From the NCBI GenBank assembly GCA_001793095.1, contig MGHG01000008.1, positions 269 through 64,268 on the forward strand: DNA of 64,000 nucleotides. Direction: 5' to 3'. Source of the stretch: Candidatus Woesebacteria bacterium RIFCSPLOWO2_01_FULL_39_23 (lineage in GTDB: Bacteria; Patescibacteriota; Microgenomatia; UBA8517). The notes beneath the pieces are model-generated. The model saw nothing but the letters and a program-made list of their open reading frames with translations. It made no database searches and was not told where the DNA came from. Each line of letters opens with the position of its first letter. Position 1 is the first letter of the stretch. Of this stretch, positions 48,163 through 56,827 are shown one piece after another. Made by a program: the position numbers and the translations under genes.

Positions 48163-48585
48163 CTAAACCTTACGAAATGGATTAATAATTTTAATCTCTT
48201 CAAAAACGGAAAAATATTTTTCGTTGTCAGTTGCAATTATCGAAACGTCATTGGTAAGCATTGTTGAAGCCAAATAAGTATCAAAAATATTATCTGAGAT
48301 AATTTCGTATTTTTTTAATAGCTCAAGCGCTACAAATTTAGTTTCAAAAGTTGGAGTAATGTTTACTAAGTGATCTGTTATAGCACTGATGGCTTCGATT
48401 GCGCTTTTTGACGTCATTGGATTGGGGAATTTAGGATGAGTCAATACTCTAAGAGTTTCAAAAATATTTTGATGTGCTACACATAAATTTTCTTTGTTTT
48501 CATTTATAAACTTTTGTGCTTCTTGGATTTTGGGAGAGTCAGCGTTAATCGCGTAGATTAGGACGTTAGAATCAAGGAGAATCAT
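48163..48585 (-). CDS. PIN-domain (VapC-like) toxin
   Basis: LLDSNVL.YA, FE, FDTYLA, TDNEK.F. Confidence 0.9.
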   Translation of the reverse strand: MILLDSNVLIYAINADSPKIQEAQKFINENKENLCVAHQNIFETLRVLTHPKFPNPMTSKSAIEAISAITDHLVNITPTFETKFVALELLKKYEIISDNIFDTYLASTMLTNDVSIIATDNEKYFSVFEEIKIINPFRKV

Positions 48586-48818
48586 TTTATATTAGGTTCA
48601 GAGTAATAGTCACTTCTTGTCAGATTATCCAGAGGTCGTCCCAAACTATGAACTTTAAAGATAATTTCCTTAGCTTTTTTTCTCGCGACTTCTTGCAAAT
48701 AGGCATCAAGTGCTTCATTGAATATGGCCTGCAAAGTAGTATTATTCTCAACTGCACTCTGTTCGGCCTTTTTCTTTAAAATCTTTCTTAAACGAATAGT
48801 TGTTCTAACTAAGTCCAT
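48582..48818 (-). CDS. Ribbon-helix-helix-type antitoxin
   Basis: RTTIRL...L.K......TLQ.I.NEAL; overlaps the PIN start by 4 nt. Confidence 0.8.
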   Translation of the reverse strand: MDLVRTTIRLRKILKKKAEQSAVENNTTLQAIFNEALDAYLQEVARKKAKEIIFKVHSLGRPLDNLTRSDYYSEPNIK

Positions 48819-49143
48819 TTGGAATTACTTTAGCATCAATATGACAATATGTCAAGGAATGAGGAGCAACTTTATAACATTTTACAGGCTCGAGTATGTG
48901 CCTACTCATCCCCACTGAGCGGGGTTTTCTTGAATACTTTATAATATATAATACAAACAGATCGTTATATGCCACTTCCCGAAACCAAACGATTCCATAA
49001 CGGAGATCAGGTATTGGGGAAATATATACTCGGTTATAAGCCTCGTACAAGCATCGTTAACAAAGAGTACTCCAGTGAGCCCGATCCCCATCCAATTCTT
49101 CTTTATAATATTTGGCGTATTACTGAAAATTTATTAACTCTCG

Positions 49144-49214
49144 TGGACTCACCGAGAATCGAACTCGGATCTTACCCATGCGAAGGGTATGTTCTACCGT
49201 TTAACTATGAGCCC
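49144..49214 (-). tRNA. tRNA-Ala(CGC), CCA not encoded
   Basis: GGGCTCA/TGAGTCC acceptor with G3-U70; anticodon arm TACCC-TTCGCAT-GGGTA; T arm GTTCGATTC. Confidence 0.95.
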
Positions 49215-49354
49215 GCGAATGGTAATGCTTATTATACTTCAATCATCTATTTCTTTGTAATATATCGTTCTGCGTTTTTCTATAGTACGTTAATTCGTAT
49301 CGCATTCCCCATAATTCATGATTCGTGCTTCGTTAGTTTGTTATGAGTTATGTG

Positions 49355-50518
49355 TTATTTCAACACTGTTAGCGGGTTGATGTGAACTCCCGAGCGGATG
49401 ACTTCAAAGTGCAAATGAGGCCCGGTTGACCTACCGGTACTTCCCATTTTAGCTATAGCATTTCCCCTTGCAACTGTCTGTCCCGGTACAACATAAAACT
49501 TTGATAAATGGCCATATAACGTCTTATAGCCATTACCATGATCGATAATTATTCTGTTACCATATCCATAATTATCCGGCCAGCCGGCAACAATTACAGT
49601 TCCTGAATCAGCGGCCAAGACATCAGGCATGCCTCTGTTTGCAATATCAAGTCCCGGGTGGTACCAAACAAAGCGTTGAGTAATTGTTCCGCTTGCCGGC
49701 CAGACGAATATGCCTGAAGCAACAACCGTTCCGGCATCGGGAGTTGTTTGTTTTATTCTCGCGACAGGAGGCCCGTAAACCTCCTCTGTCTTTACACCCT
49801 CAGGAACGATAACTGTTTGGCCAATTGCCAATTCAAACTTCTCATCATTTGAATAAGTATTAAAAGGATAGTTAACTATTACCTGCGGATCTATATCATA
49901 CTGTTTCGCAATAGAATAAACGGTATCACCTTTCTTCACCTTATGCGACACACCTGTAACCGGTAATATTTCTAAGCTTTGGCCTTCTTTAATCGCATCT
50001 TTACTCTTCAGATTATTCTGCCAACGAATAGTATCAGAGGATATCCCGTATTTATCAGCAATCGAGCTGACTGCATCCCCTTTTTGAACTGTGTATTCGA
50101 TTATTTCTCCCCTTACCTTGTCCGAAAAGTTTGTCGATATCTCTGTGCTTTGCGTAGCACTGGATAAGACAACAGAAGATGACGGGATACTCCAGGGATC
50201 AACATTTCTTCCCGGAAACTCCTGTGCAACAACGGGGGCGAGAACTACTGCCAATCCGGCTAATCCGGCCATTCCCGAATGGATGAGCCTCTTTGCGTAT
50301 TTCCCCCTTTGCCTGTAAAGCGATGTTACCAATACACCCTTACCTATCTCGAAATGGGAATATGATATATGCAACCTTTTCAAAACGAATCTGCCGAGTT
50401 CACTTGCAAATTGAATCAGGTCTTTTAAAATAAATGCTAAATCCTGCCTCAATTTTTTCGTAAAGTAGAAGTTAATCTTGAAAAGTATTTTTTCCGGTCT
50501 CTGAGGAATAACTCTCAT
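49355..50518 (-). CDS. LysM x2 plus M23 peptidase
   Basis: YTVQKGD, HKVKKGDT; HPGLD, YGHL, GSTGRSTGPHLHFE. Confidence 0.95.
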   Translation of the reverse strand: MRVIPQRPEKILFKINFYFTKKLRQDLAFILKDLIQFASELGRFVLKRLHISYSHFEIGKGVLVTSLYRQRGKYAKRLIHSGMAGLAGLAVVLAPVVAQEFPGRNVDPWSIPSSSVVLSSATQSTEISTNFSDKVRGEIIEYTVQKGDAVSSIADKYGISSDTIRWQNNLKSKDAIKEGQSLEILPVTGVSHKVKKGDTVYSIAKQYDIDPQVIVNYPFNTYSNDEKFELAIGQTVIVPEGVKTEEVYGPPVARIKQTTPDAGTVVASGIFVWPASGTITQRFVWYHPGLDIANRGMPDVLAADSGTVIVAGWPDNYGYGNRIIIDHGNGYKTLYGHLSKFYVVPGQTVARGNAIAKMGSTGRSTGPHLHFEVIRSGVHINPLTVLK

Positions 50519-50576
50519 AGATTACGCTGACAAGGAAAAAGATAGCACGAAGAAGCAACAATTACAAGCTTTCTCA

Positions 50577-51905
50577 TTAACCTACTTTTAAACTCTCGAG
50601 AAAGTCCTTGTTGGTTTTGGTTTTTTTGAGTCTCTCGAGAAGTGTTTCAGTTCGTTCATCATCGGAGACCATGTCAAGCATGCGCCTAAGAGTTACAACC
50701 TGCGGTATTACGTCTTTGCCGTACAAAAGCTCTTCCTGCCGTGTACCGGAACGGGTTACGTTAATAGCCGGAAAAATTCTCCTGTCAGCTAATTTTCTGT
50801 CAAGATGCAGCTCCATATTACCGGTACCCTTAAATTCTTCATAAATCAGGTCGTCCATCCTCGATCCTGTATCAACAAGACATGTACCGATAATTGTCAA
50901 TGATCCACCATTCTCAATTTTTCGAGCTGCTCCAAAGAATTTTTTAGCAGGATAGAGGGCTACGGGATCGAATCCGCCGGTCAAGGTACGTCCCGATGTC
51001 GGAAGTGCTAAATTATATGCGCGTGCCATACGGGTTATCGAATCCAGGAGTATTACAACATCGGCTCCCTTTTCTACCATTCTTCTTGCTCTATCGAGAG
51101 CTAACTCACCTACTCTTGTCTGAGCATCAGGAGCCTCGTCAAAATTAGACGAAGCTACCTCGCCCATGCCATCGGTTATATCTGTCATATGTCTTTTAAT
51201 ATCAGTTACCTCCTCCGGCCTTTCGCCGATTAGTACCGCCATAAGATGAACGCGTTTTGAGTTTTGTCGCTGACCCGACCCGGTGGGAGTTTTGAGTTTT
51301 GAGTTTTTTTCTGGGTAGTTCTTGGCAATGCCCGAAATGATGTCTTTCAAAAGCCAAGTTTTACCCGCTTTGGGCGGTGAGACCACCAAACCTCTTTGGC
51401 CAAAACCGATTGGCGCAATCAAATCAATTACACGCGTTGTCAGAGGCCCATCTTCTATCGAAAGCATTATTTGTGTATCGGGATATAGCGCAGTTAAATC
51501 ATCAAAATGTACACGAGTTCCTATAGTCTCAATATCTTCACCATTGACCTTTTCTACCTTCAAAAGTCCCCAATATCGTTCATTTTCCTTAGGACTTCTG
51601 GCTTGCCCACCGACCAAGTCCCCCACCCGTAAATTAAATCGCCTTATTTGGGAAGCAGAAATATAAACGTCTCTGTCACTCGGAGCAAAATTAGGCCTAA
51701 GTAGCCCCGAACCCTCATTGGCAATATCCAGAATACCCTCGACGTACTGGGTTGGTAAATTTGAATCAGGAATAATTCTCTGATCAATTACCAAGCCCGC
51801 CATTGAACTATCTGACCCATTCATTTCAGGCTGCATATCCATCGAGCTTTCTTGAACATCTCGCGGTTCAGGAGAAGTTTCTGTAATTTTACTTTTGTAA
51901 ACCAT
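50577..51905 (-). CDS. rho: Transcription termination factor Rho
   Basis: PIG.GQRG..V.PPKAGKT, ERPEEVTD, LDSITR.ARAYN, EEFKGTGNMEL. Confidence 0.97.
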   Translation of the reverse strand: MVYKSKITETSPEPRDVQESSMDMQPEMNGSDSSMAGLVIDQRIIPDSNLPTQYVEGILDIANEGSGLLRPNFAPSDRDVYISASQIRRFNLRVGDLVGGQARSPKENERYWGLLKVEKVNGEDIETIGTRVHFDDLTALYPDTQIMLSIEDGPLTTRVIDLIAPIGFGQRGLVVSPPKAGKTWLLKDIISGIAKNYPEKNSKLKTPTGSGQRQNSKRVHLMAVLIGERPEEVTDIKRHMTDITDGMGEVASSNFDEAPDAQTRVGELALDRARRMVEKGADVVILLDSITRMARAYNLALPTSGRTLTGGFDPVALYPAKKFFGAARKIENGGSLTIIGTCLVDTGSRMDDLIYEEFKGTGNMELHLDRKLADRRIFPAINVTRSGTRQEELLYGKDVIPQVVTLRRMLDMVSDDERTETLLERLKKTKTNKDFLESLKVG

Positions 51906-52004
51906 ACAGGTCAGACAAATAACATACTTGTCAAAAAACGGAAGGTAGATTCATCTTAAAGAGGCAAACAAATCTCAACCACCCATATTCTATTTTAGAT
52001 TAAG

Positions 52005-52865
52005 TCACTTGTCAACAGGCTTCGCAATAATAATCAAGCGTTTCCAGGTTGTTCCCGGCGGATTGCAGGTTTGTAGTATCAGAGTTTCTTTATTATAATT
52101 ATTAGTCAAATAAGACGTGTCTGAAGCGGGGGTGATATACCTTTCTGTGACTTCATAGATATATTTATTATCAGAAAAATACAGAATGATCCGATCATTC
52201 GCTTCAAGCTTATCCAAGAGATAAAAAACAGCATTATACCTCGCCACACTCAAAGGAGAATTAGTAGAATGCGAAAACAAGTAAATCCCCTTTCCCTGAC
52301 CCGGAAAGTATGTTCCTCTTGCGTGCGCGACCCCTTTGGATAAGGCACTTATATACTCGTCAGAATTTGCCGGATCGATGTTGGGAAGAATATTAGAATA
52401 AGCCTGAATCTTTGGGATACCAATCGAAAAGCTTGAGGAAATACCATAGCTTTCCGCTTCTTCTTTTATCTTTTCACGCTCTTGGGCATATATCGGATCG
52501 GGAACAACGCTTTGGGTTTCAATATTATTCCCGCTTTTAGCATAATAATTAATCTCGTCAGTTAAAACCGGCTGATAAATGAAAAACATATATAAGAACA
52601 CGAATCCTAAAAGTGAAGCTCCCAAATATCTTAAAAAGCCATACGCAAATCTCTCTATAGGAGATAAATCTCCCTCGAGCTTACGCTCGGGGTATCTTCT
52701 CCCCTCGCTTTGTCGGGAATGAAATCCCTCCGAAGCGAAATGCTCTTCGCTTCCACCCTCAATCTCACGATTGTGGTTTTTCGCGAAGGGGGATAAGATT
52801 ACTACTTTGTGCTCCCCTCGCATTTTTGATAACCGGGAATTGTATATTTCTATCTCAAGCGTCAT
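52005..52865 (-). CDS. Sortase family protein
   Basis: TM; IPKI, GVAH, FSHS, LQTC.PPGT..KRL. Confidence 0.9.
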   Translation of the reverse strand: MTLEIEIYNSRLSKMRGEHKVVILSPFAKNHNREIEGGSEEHFASEGFHSRQSEGRRYPERKLEGDLSPIERFAYGFLRYLGASLLGFVFLYMFFIYQPVLTDEINYYAKSGNNIETQSVVPDPIYAQEREKIKEEAESYGISSSFSIGIPKIQAYSNILPNIDPANSDEYISALSKGVAHARGTYFPGQGKGIYLFSHSTNSPLSVARYNAVFYLLDKLEANDRIILYFSDNKYIYEVTERYITPASDTSYLTNNYNKETLILQTCNPPGTTWKRLIIIAKPVDK

Positions 52866-52873
52866 ATAAATAT

Positions 52874-52983
52874 GTGAATTCACCACAGGCTAAAGCCCGT
52901 GGCATCTTCATGCTCTGCGATTTATTTCATAAATCGCAAAATTTCACTACATCCCCGCATAAACGCCGGGGATTTAAGTGATA
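52874..52983 (-). mobile_element. About 110-bp non-autonomous IS200/IS605-type miniature element
   Basis: Minus strand: ATCCCCGGCGTTTATGCGGGGATG left hairpin; GCCACGGGCTTTAGCCTGTGG right hairpin; ends TTCAC. Confidence 0.7.
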
Positions 52984-52988
52984 TCGCA

Positions 52989-53978
52989 TTAAACAGTTCT
53001 AAAACGCCTCATTAGGTATATTCCCAATAAACCCGTTCCAAGAAGCGAAACAAAGGCTAAAAGCGGATTATCATACAGGCCTGTTTCCGGCAGTGAACTA
53101 ACTGTAGCCATCGGAGCGGGATCCAAATCGCCCCCTCCACCAATTCCGGTATTTCCTTTAACGGCAAGCGTAATTTTACAATCATCCGATGTCTTCCAAA
53201 CGCCTTTGCTGTCTTGCACTTGAAGAGTGGGATTAAAACCTCCGCCCTTATTATAGACATAGGTAGCAAAATAATCTTCGGTTTCCTTGATACTGTCCTC
53301 CCCACCGTCACCGAAATTAAATCTGTATTTAGCAATAAGTCCATAAGGATCATATCCCGCGCCTGTAAATTCGACTGTTAAAGGAGTCGAACCCTCTATT
53401 GGAGTAGCGATAAGTTCAACACAACTGCTGTCGTATAGCCCTGCCAAATTAGAAGGAACACCCGTCGGATAATTTGTTCCCGGTTGAGGTGTAACCGCTG
53501 TTACACTGGGGGTAACTTTTTCCCAAAATGCTCTTACTGCCGCGTACATGCCACTCTCAAAATACTCAACAACAATTGTGTGAGTCCCGGCAGAGACCTC
53601 TTTTCTAACTTTATAAGATCGATACTGCTGTACTGTCCAAGCATCGATAATCTTTTCACCATCAAGATACATACGAGCTCCATCATCTGAGACGACCGTA
53701 AATTCATATAAAGAATTGTCGAAGTTAAATTTACCCTGCCAGCGGATTGAAAAATTATCTCTACCTATTTTGGAATCAGGAGAACGGATAAACCAGTTAA
53801 ACTCTATCTTGTCATCATAGCGGGACATAACGAGCGTATCAAAATTCTTGCCATTGTAATAATCCCCTAAATATTTACCCGTTGGTATCTCCTGTGCAGC
53901 CACAGAAGATACGCCATTAAAGGCAGTTGCAATAATAAATACTAAACTAACTATTAATGATTTTATTCTCATATACAC
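52989..53978 (-). CDS. PA14 plus PKD domain surface protein with LPETG sorting signal
   Basis: DNFSIRW.G, SDDG.R.YLDG, EYFE (PA14); FGDG (PKD); LPETG-TM-RRFR. Confidence 0.92.
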   Translation of the reverse strand: MYMRIKSLIVSLVFIIATAFNGVSSVAAQEIPTGKYLGDYYNGKNFDTLVMSRYDDKIEFNWFIRSPDSKIGRDNFSIRWQGKFNFDNSLYEFTVVSDDGARMYLDGEKIIDAWTVQQYRSYKVRKEVSAGTHTIVVEYFESGMYAAVRAFWEKVTPSVTAVTPQPGTNYPTGVPSNLAGLYDSSCVELIATPIEGSTPLTVEFTGAGYDPYGLIAKYRFNFGDGGEDSIKETEDYFATYVYNKGGGFNPTLQVQDSKGVWKTSDDCKITLAVKGNTGIGGGGDLDPAPMATVSSLPETGLYDNPLLAFVSLLGTGLLGIYLMRRFRTV

Positions 53979-54039
53979 ATTAATATCAATATTATAGGAC
54001 TATTTGTGCTAATTTTCAAGCTTAATGGGGTCTTTTAAC

Positions 54040-54450
54040 AAAAAAACCGCACCATTCTAGTCTCAAGGAACGGGGTAAGTCAGACTTACCAAGTAGAGCG
54101 GCACACGTCAATAAATCGCAGCCGTGATACCCTGAAGGAACGGGGGACGTCAGACGTCCCGGGTAGAGCGACCCGTAAGAAACTTTTCCACCCTCGAGGA
54201 ACGGGTAGAGCGCCTGCCCAACACTCCACCCGCCCCGCGAAGGAAGAAATCAACAAAGTTCTTACGGGTCAAGCCTGCTTGGGACGTTAATTGCCGAAGG
54301 CTAATTAACCGTCCCCCAACACTCCACCCGCCCCCTCAAGATATCAATCGTCTTCCGCTGCAATTTAAACGTACCTGGCACGTTCGACGTGCCGCCTGAC
54401 CAATTTATCCCGTTTAAGCACCCCCTCAAACTAGAACCCAATGTGCGGCT
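54040..54450 (-). ncRNA. Candidate structured RNA built from a three-fold nested repeat module
   Basis: Nested long-range complementarity whose mismatches are G-U only on the minus strand; ends GUGCGG-U7. Confidence 0.6.
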
Positions 54451-54569
54451 CTTTATTCTCCAAGTTACTCTATAGAGAAACGAAAAGCTGTTAACTTTTC
54501 TACTAAGTCTTCGCAAGACTGAGTAAACTCGGTCTTGACAAATTATTAAAAAAATCTATTACTTATTAT

Positions 54570-54850
54570 TAGCTTATCTTGCTTTGCCTGTCCGCGAGAT
54601 AACCAGATTTGTCCCGATCAAATCGGGATAAATGCTAATTAAAAGAGCATTTCTATTCGTGTCCTCTTTATTTAAGGTTAGGACCATCGATAGTGATGCT
54701 CTTTTTTGTTTGAATTCTTTGCAATTCTCTCTTCAAAGGAATTCAAACAACCCGCAAGTGATCGCTCCTTGAGCCGTAGTAGAAATTTACTAAGGCGAAA
54801 GGTAAGACACGGCGAGTAGTTATTCCCTTTGTAAAGAGCTGGTTAACTGT
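54570..54850 (-). ncRNA. Candidate second structured RNA or leader
   Basis: Multiple hairpins, closing TAACCAG/CTGGTTA, no ORF, promoter immediately upstream. Confidence 0.4.
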
Positions 54851-54854
54851 CCAT

Positions 54855-54882
54855 ATTTTACATCTTCCTTTATTATTGTCAA
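54855..54882 (-). promoter_or_regulatory. Sigma70-type promoter candidate
   Basis: TTGACA-N16-TAAAAT on the minus strand. Confidence 0.55.
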
Positions 54883-55138
54883 ATCCCATAGTTACGTTTA
54901 TTCCTAATTCCTCTTTCCCTATAATACGGGTGTGTGTTAAATTAGCTACAGATCTACGGCAAATTTACGGTCGTTAAAATAATTGTGGATAAGTTGTGCA
55001 AATCGTTAGTTCGTTAATTGCTATTTGGTTACTTCGCAAACCAACTAATAAATTCTTACTGTTTTTTTCTAAGTAACGAAGTTACTAAATAACAAAATAA
55101 TGAAGTTCTGCCAAAGGCGGATCAGCCGATGGCTGAAA

Positions 55139-56485
55139 CTATTTAATGTACTTCTTAATCGCTTCCTGAAGATAGTTTACTTCTCTATTTGAAATTACTT
55201 TTGTATAACCCAATCTTCTTGCTTCTTTAATTCTTCGCTCTTCGGCGACAACACCACGAACATCTCCCAAAAGTCCTATCTCACCAGTTGCAACAACATT
55301 TCTAGGAAGTGGTTTATCAAAAAAACTAGAGGCTAGTGATAAACATACTGCCAAATCGGCCGAAGGGTCATTTTTTATCGTAATCCCACCGGCAATATTA
55401 ACAAAAACGTCAAATTCATACAGTGGGAGGCCGCAACGCCTGGTTAATACAGCTAATAAAAGCTCAAGTCGTTTCGCATCCATGCCCTGCGCAACCCTTC
55501 GCGGAATCGGTAATTTTGTACTAACAACTAATGACTGTATTTCGATAAGAAGAGGTCTGGTTCCCTGGAGTACCGAGGTGATTACATTTCCGGATGAGTT
55601 TTTATTACCAGCAGATAAAAATAATTTTTCAGGGTTATCAACGGGTTCAAGGCCCCTATCTTGCATTTCAAATACCCCTACCTCATCAGTCGGACCGAAA
55701 CGGTTTTTGACTGCCCGGAGTATTCTTGTCGCAGTCGTTCTATCTCCTTCAAACCACAATACCGTATCGACAATGTGCATTAGGACCGATGGACCGGCAA
55801 CTGTTCCCTCTTTTGTAACGTGACCTACGATAAATATCGGTATATTTCGAGATTTAGCAAGTTTTACAAGTCTGTATGCAGATTCTCTAACTTGTCCCAC
55901 AGAACCGGCCATACCTGATAGATCGGATGTCTGCATTGTCTGTATTGAGTCAACAATGAGAAAAGTACCATTTGAGTTGGCTTTTGATACGTTTGATACC
56001 TTTCCTGCACTTGATACTTCTTGAATAACAGTATCAATATCCGTCTCTTCTAATATTTGGATCTTCTTATTTTTTATACCCAGTCTATCAGCTCTGACTT
56101 TTATCTGGCTGACCGACTCTTCTCCCGAAACATATAAAGCATTCCCTAATTTATCGGCAAGCTGTAAAAGGATTGTTGATTTACCGATACCGGGTTCACC
56201 CGCAATCAAAATCACCTGTCCTTTTACCAGTCCTCCGCCCAATACCCTGTCTAACTCGGTAATCTTGGTTGACATCCTCGCAGTTGCACTGATTGAAACT
56301 GAAGCCAAGGAAACTAGTTTTGCTTCACTTTTCTTATACTCTCCTGCTCTTCTACTCTCACGCCCTGTCGCAACAGCCGTTTCGACAGCACTGTTCCAAG
56401 CTCCGCACTCAGGACACTTCCCAAACCATCCCACTTGGGAAAATCCACACTGCTGACAGACATATTGTGATCTGTTTTTTACCAT
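55139..56485 (-). CDS. radA: DNA repair protein RadA/Sms
   Basis: C4 zinc finger, GEPGIGKST, VDSIQT, KNRFG, Lon-like C-terminus. Confidence 0.97.
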   Translation of the reverse strand: MVKNRSQYVCQQCGFSQVGWFGKCPECGAWNSAVETAVATGRESRRAGEYKKSEAKLVSLASVSISATARMSTKITELDRVLGGGLVKGQVILIAGEPGIGKSTILLQLADKLGNALYVSGEESVSQIKVRADRLGIKNKKIQILEETDIDTVIQEVSSAGKVSNVSKANSNGTFLIVDSIQTMQTSDLSGMAGSVGQVRESAYRLVKLAKSRNIPIFIVGHVTKEGTVAGPSVLMHIVDTVLWFEGDRTTATRILRAVKNRFGPTDEVGVFEMQDRGLEPVDNPEKLFLSAGNKNSSGNVITSVLQGTRPLLIEIQSLVVSTKLPIPRRVAQGMDAKRLELLLAVLTRRCGLPLYEFDVFVNIAGGITIKNDPSADLAVCLSLASSFFDKPLPRNVVATGEIGLLGDVRGVVAEERRIKEARRLGYTKVISNREVNYLQEAIKKYIK

Positions 56486-56513
56486 AGGTAATTATTATAT
56501 ACAGGATGGTGCA

Positions 56514-56580
56514 GTCCCACATAAACGCTCTTGCGACGCGAGGCTGTAAACCTCGGGAGCAAGTAAGTTCTGTGCGGGAC
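56514..56580. repeat. 67-nt structured dispersed repeat, copy 1
   Basis: GCTCTTGCGA.GCGA...TCGGGAGCAAGTAAG core shared in inverted orientation with 59438-59505. Confidence 0.75.
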
Positions 56581-56788
56581 AAACCAGCGGGGAGATTCAT
56601 ACCCACACTGTTGACACACGAAAGAAGTACTAGATTTTGACATTTTTTCTCCTTTCGTGTGGAAATCCTTCTGAAGTGCAGCATGAGCCGTAAACTGCGT
56701 TTGGATGTCGCGGGTGGGATACTTCCAAAAAGGCAAATGCTAAGCTTGCGTAGGATTGACACACGTATTTAGAGGAAAACTTAGCCAT
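56581..56788 (-). pseudogene. radA: Two truncated radA 5'-end fragments
   Basis: MAKFSSKYVCQ (from 56788) and MSKSSTSFVCQQCGYESPRWF (from 56643) versus intact MVKNRSQYVCQQCGFSQVGWF. Confidence 0.75.
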
Positions 56789-56827
56789 TAAGTGGATTAT
56801 ATCAGATGTCAAAATATCCCCCAGTTA

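Noticed and set aside
46415-49214. Integrated island at tRNA-Ala with Fic, HTH and PIN genes
   Set aside because: No integrase and no duplicated tRNA 3' end found in the window.
48969-49346. 125-aa ORF
   Set aside because: Runs antisense through the tRNA-Ala gene; at most a remnant in its 5' part.
54060-54340. Repeats as a CRISPR array
   Set aside because: Two different repeat types in nested complementary order, spacers that pair with each other, and no cas genes.
54984-54992. Perfect DnaA box (TGTGGATAA) suggesting oriC
   Set aside because: Single clear box; no dnaA/dnaN nearby and no box cluster.
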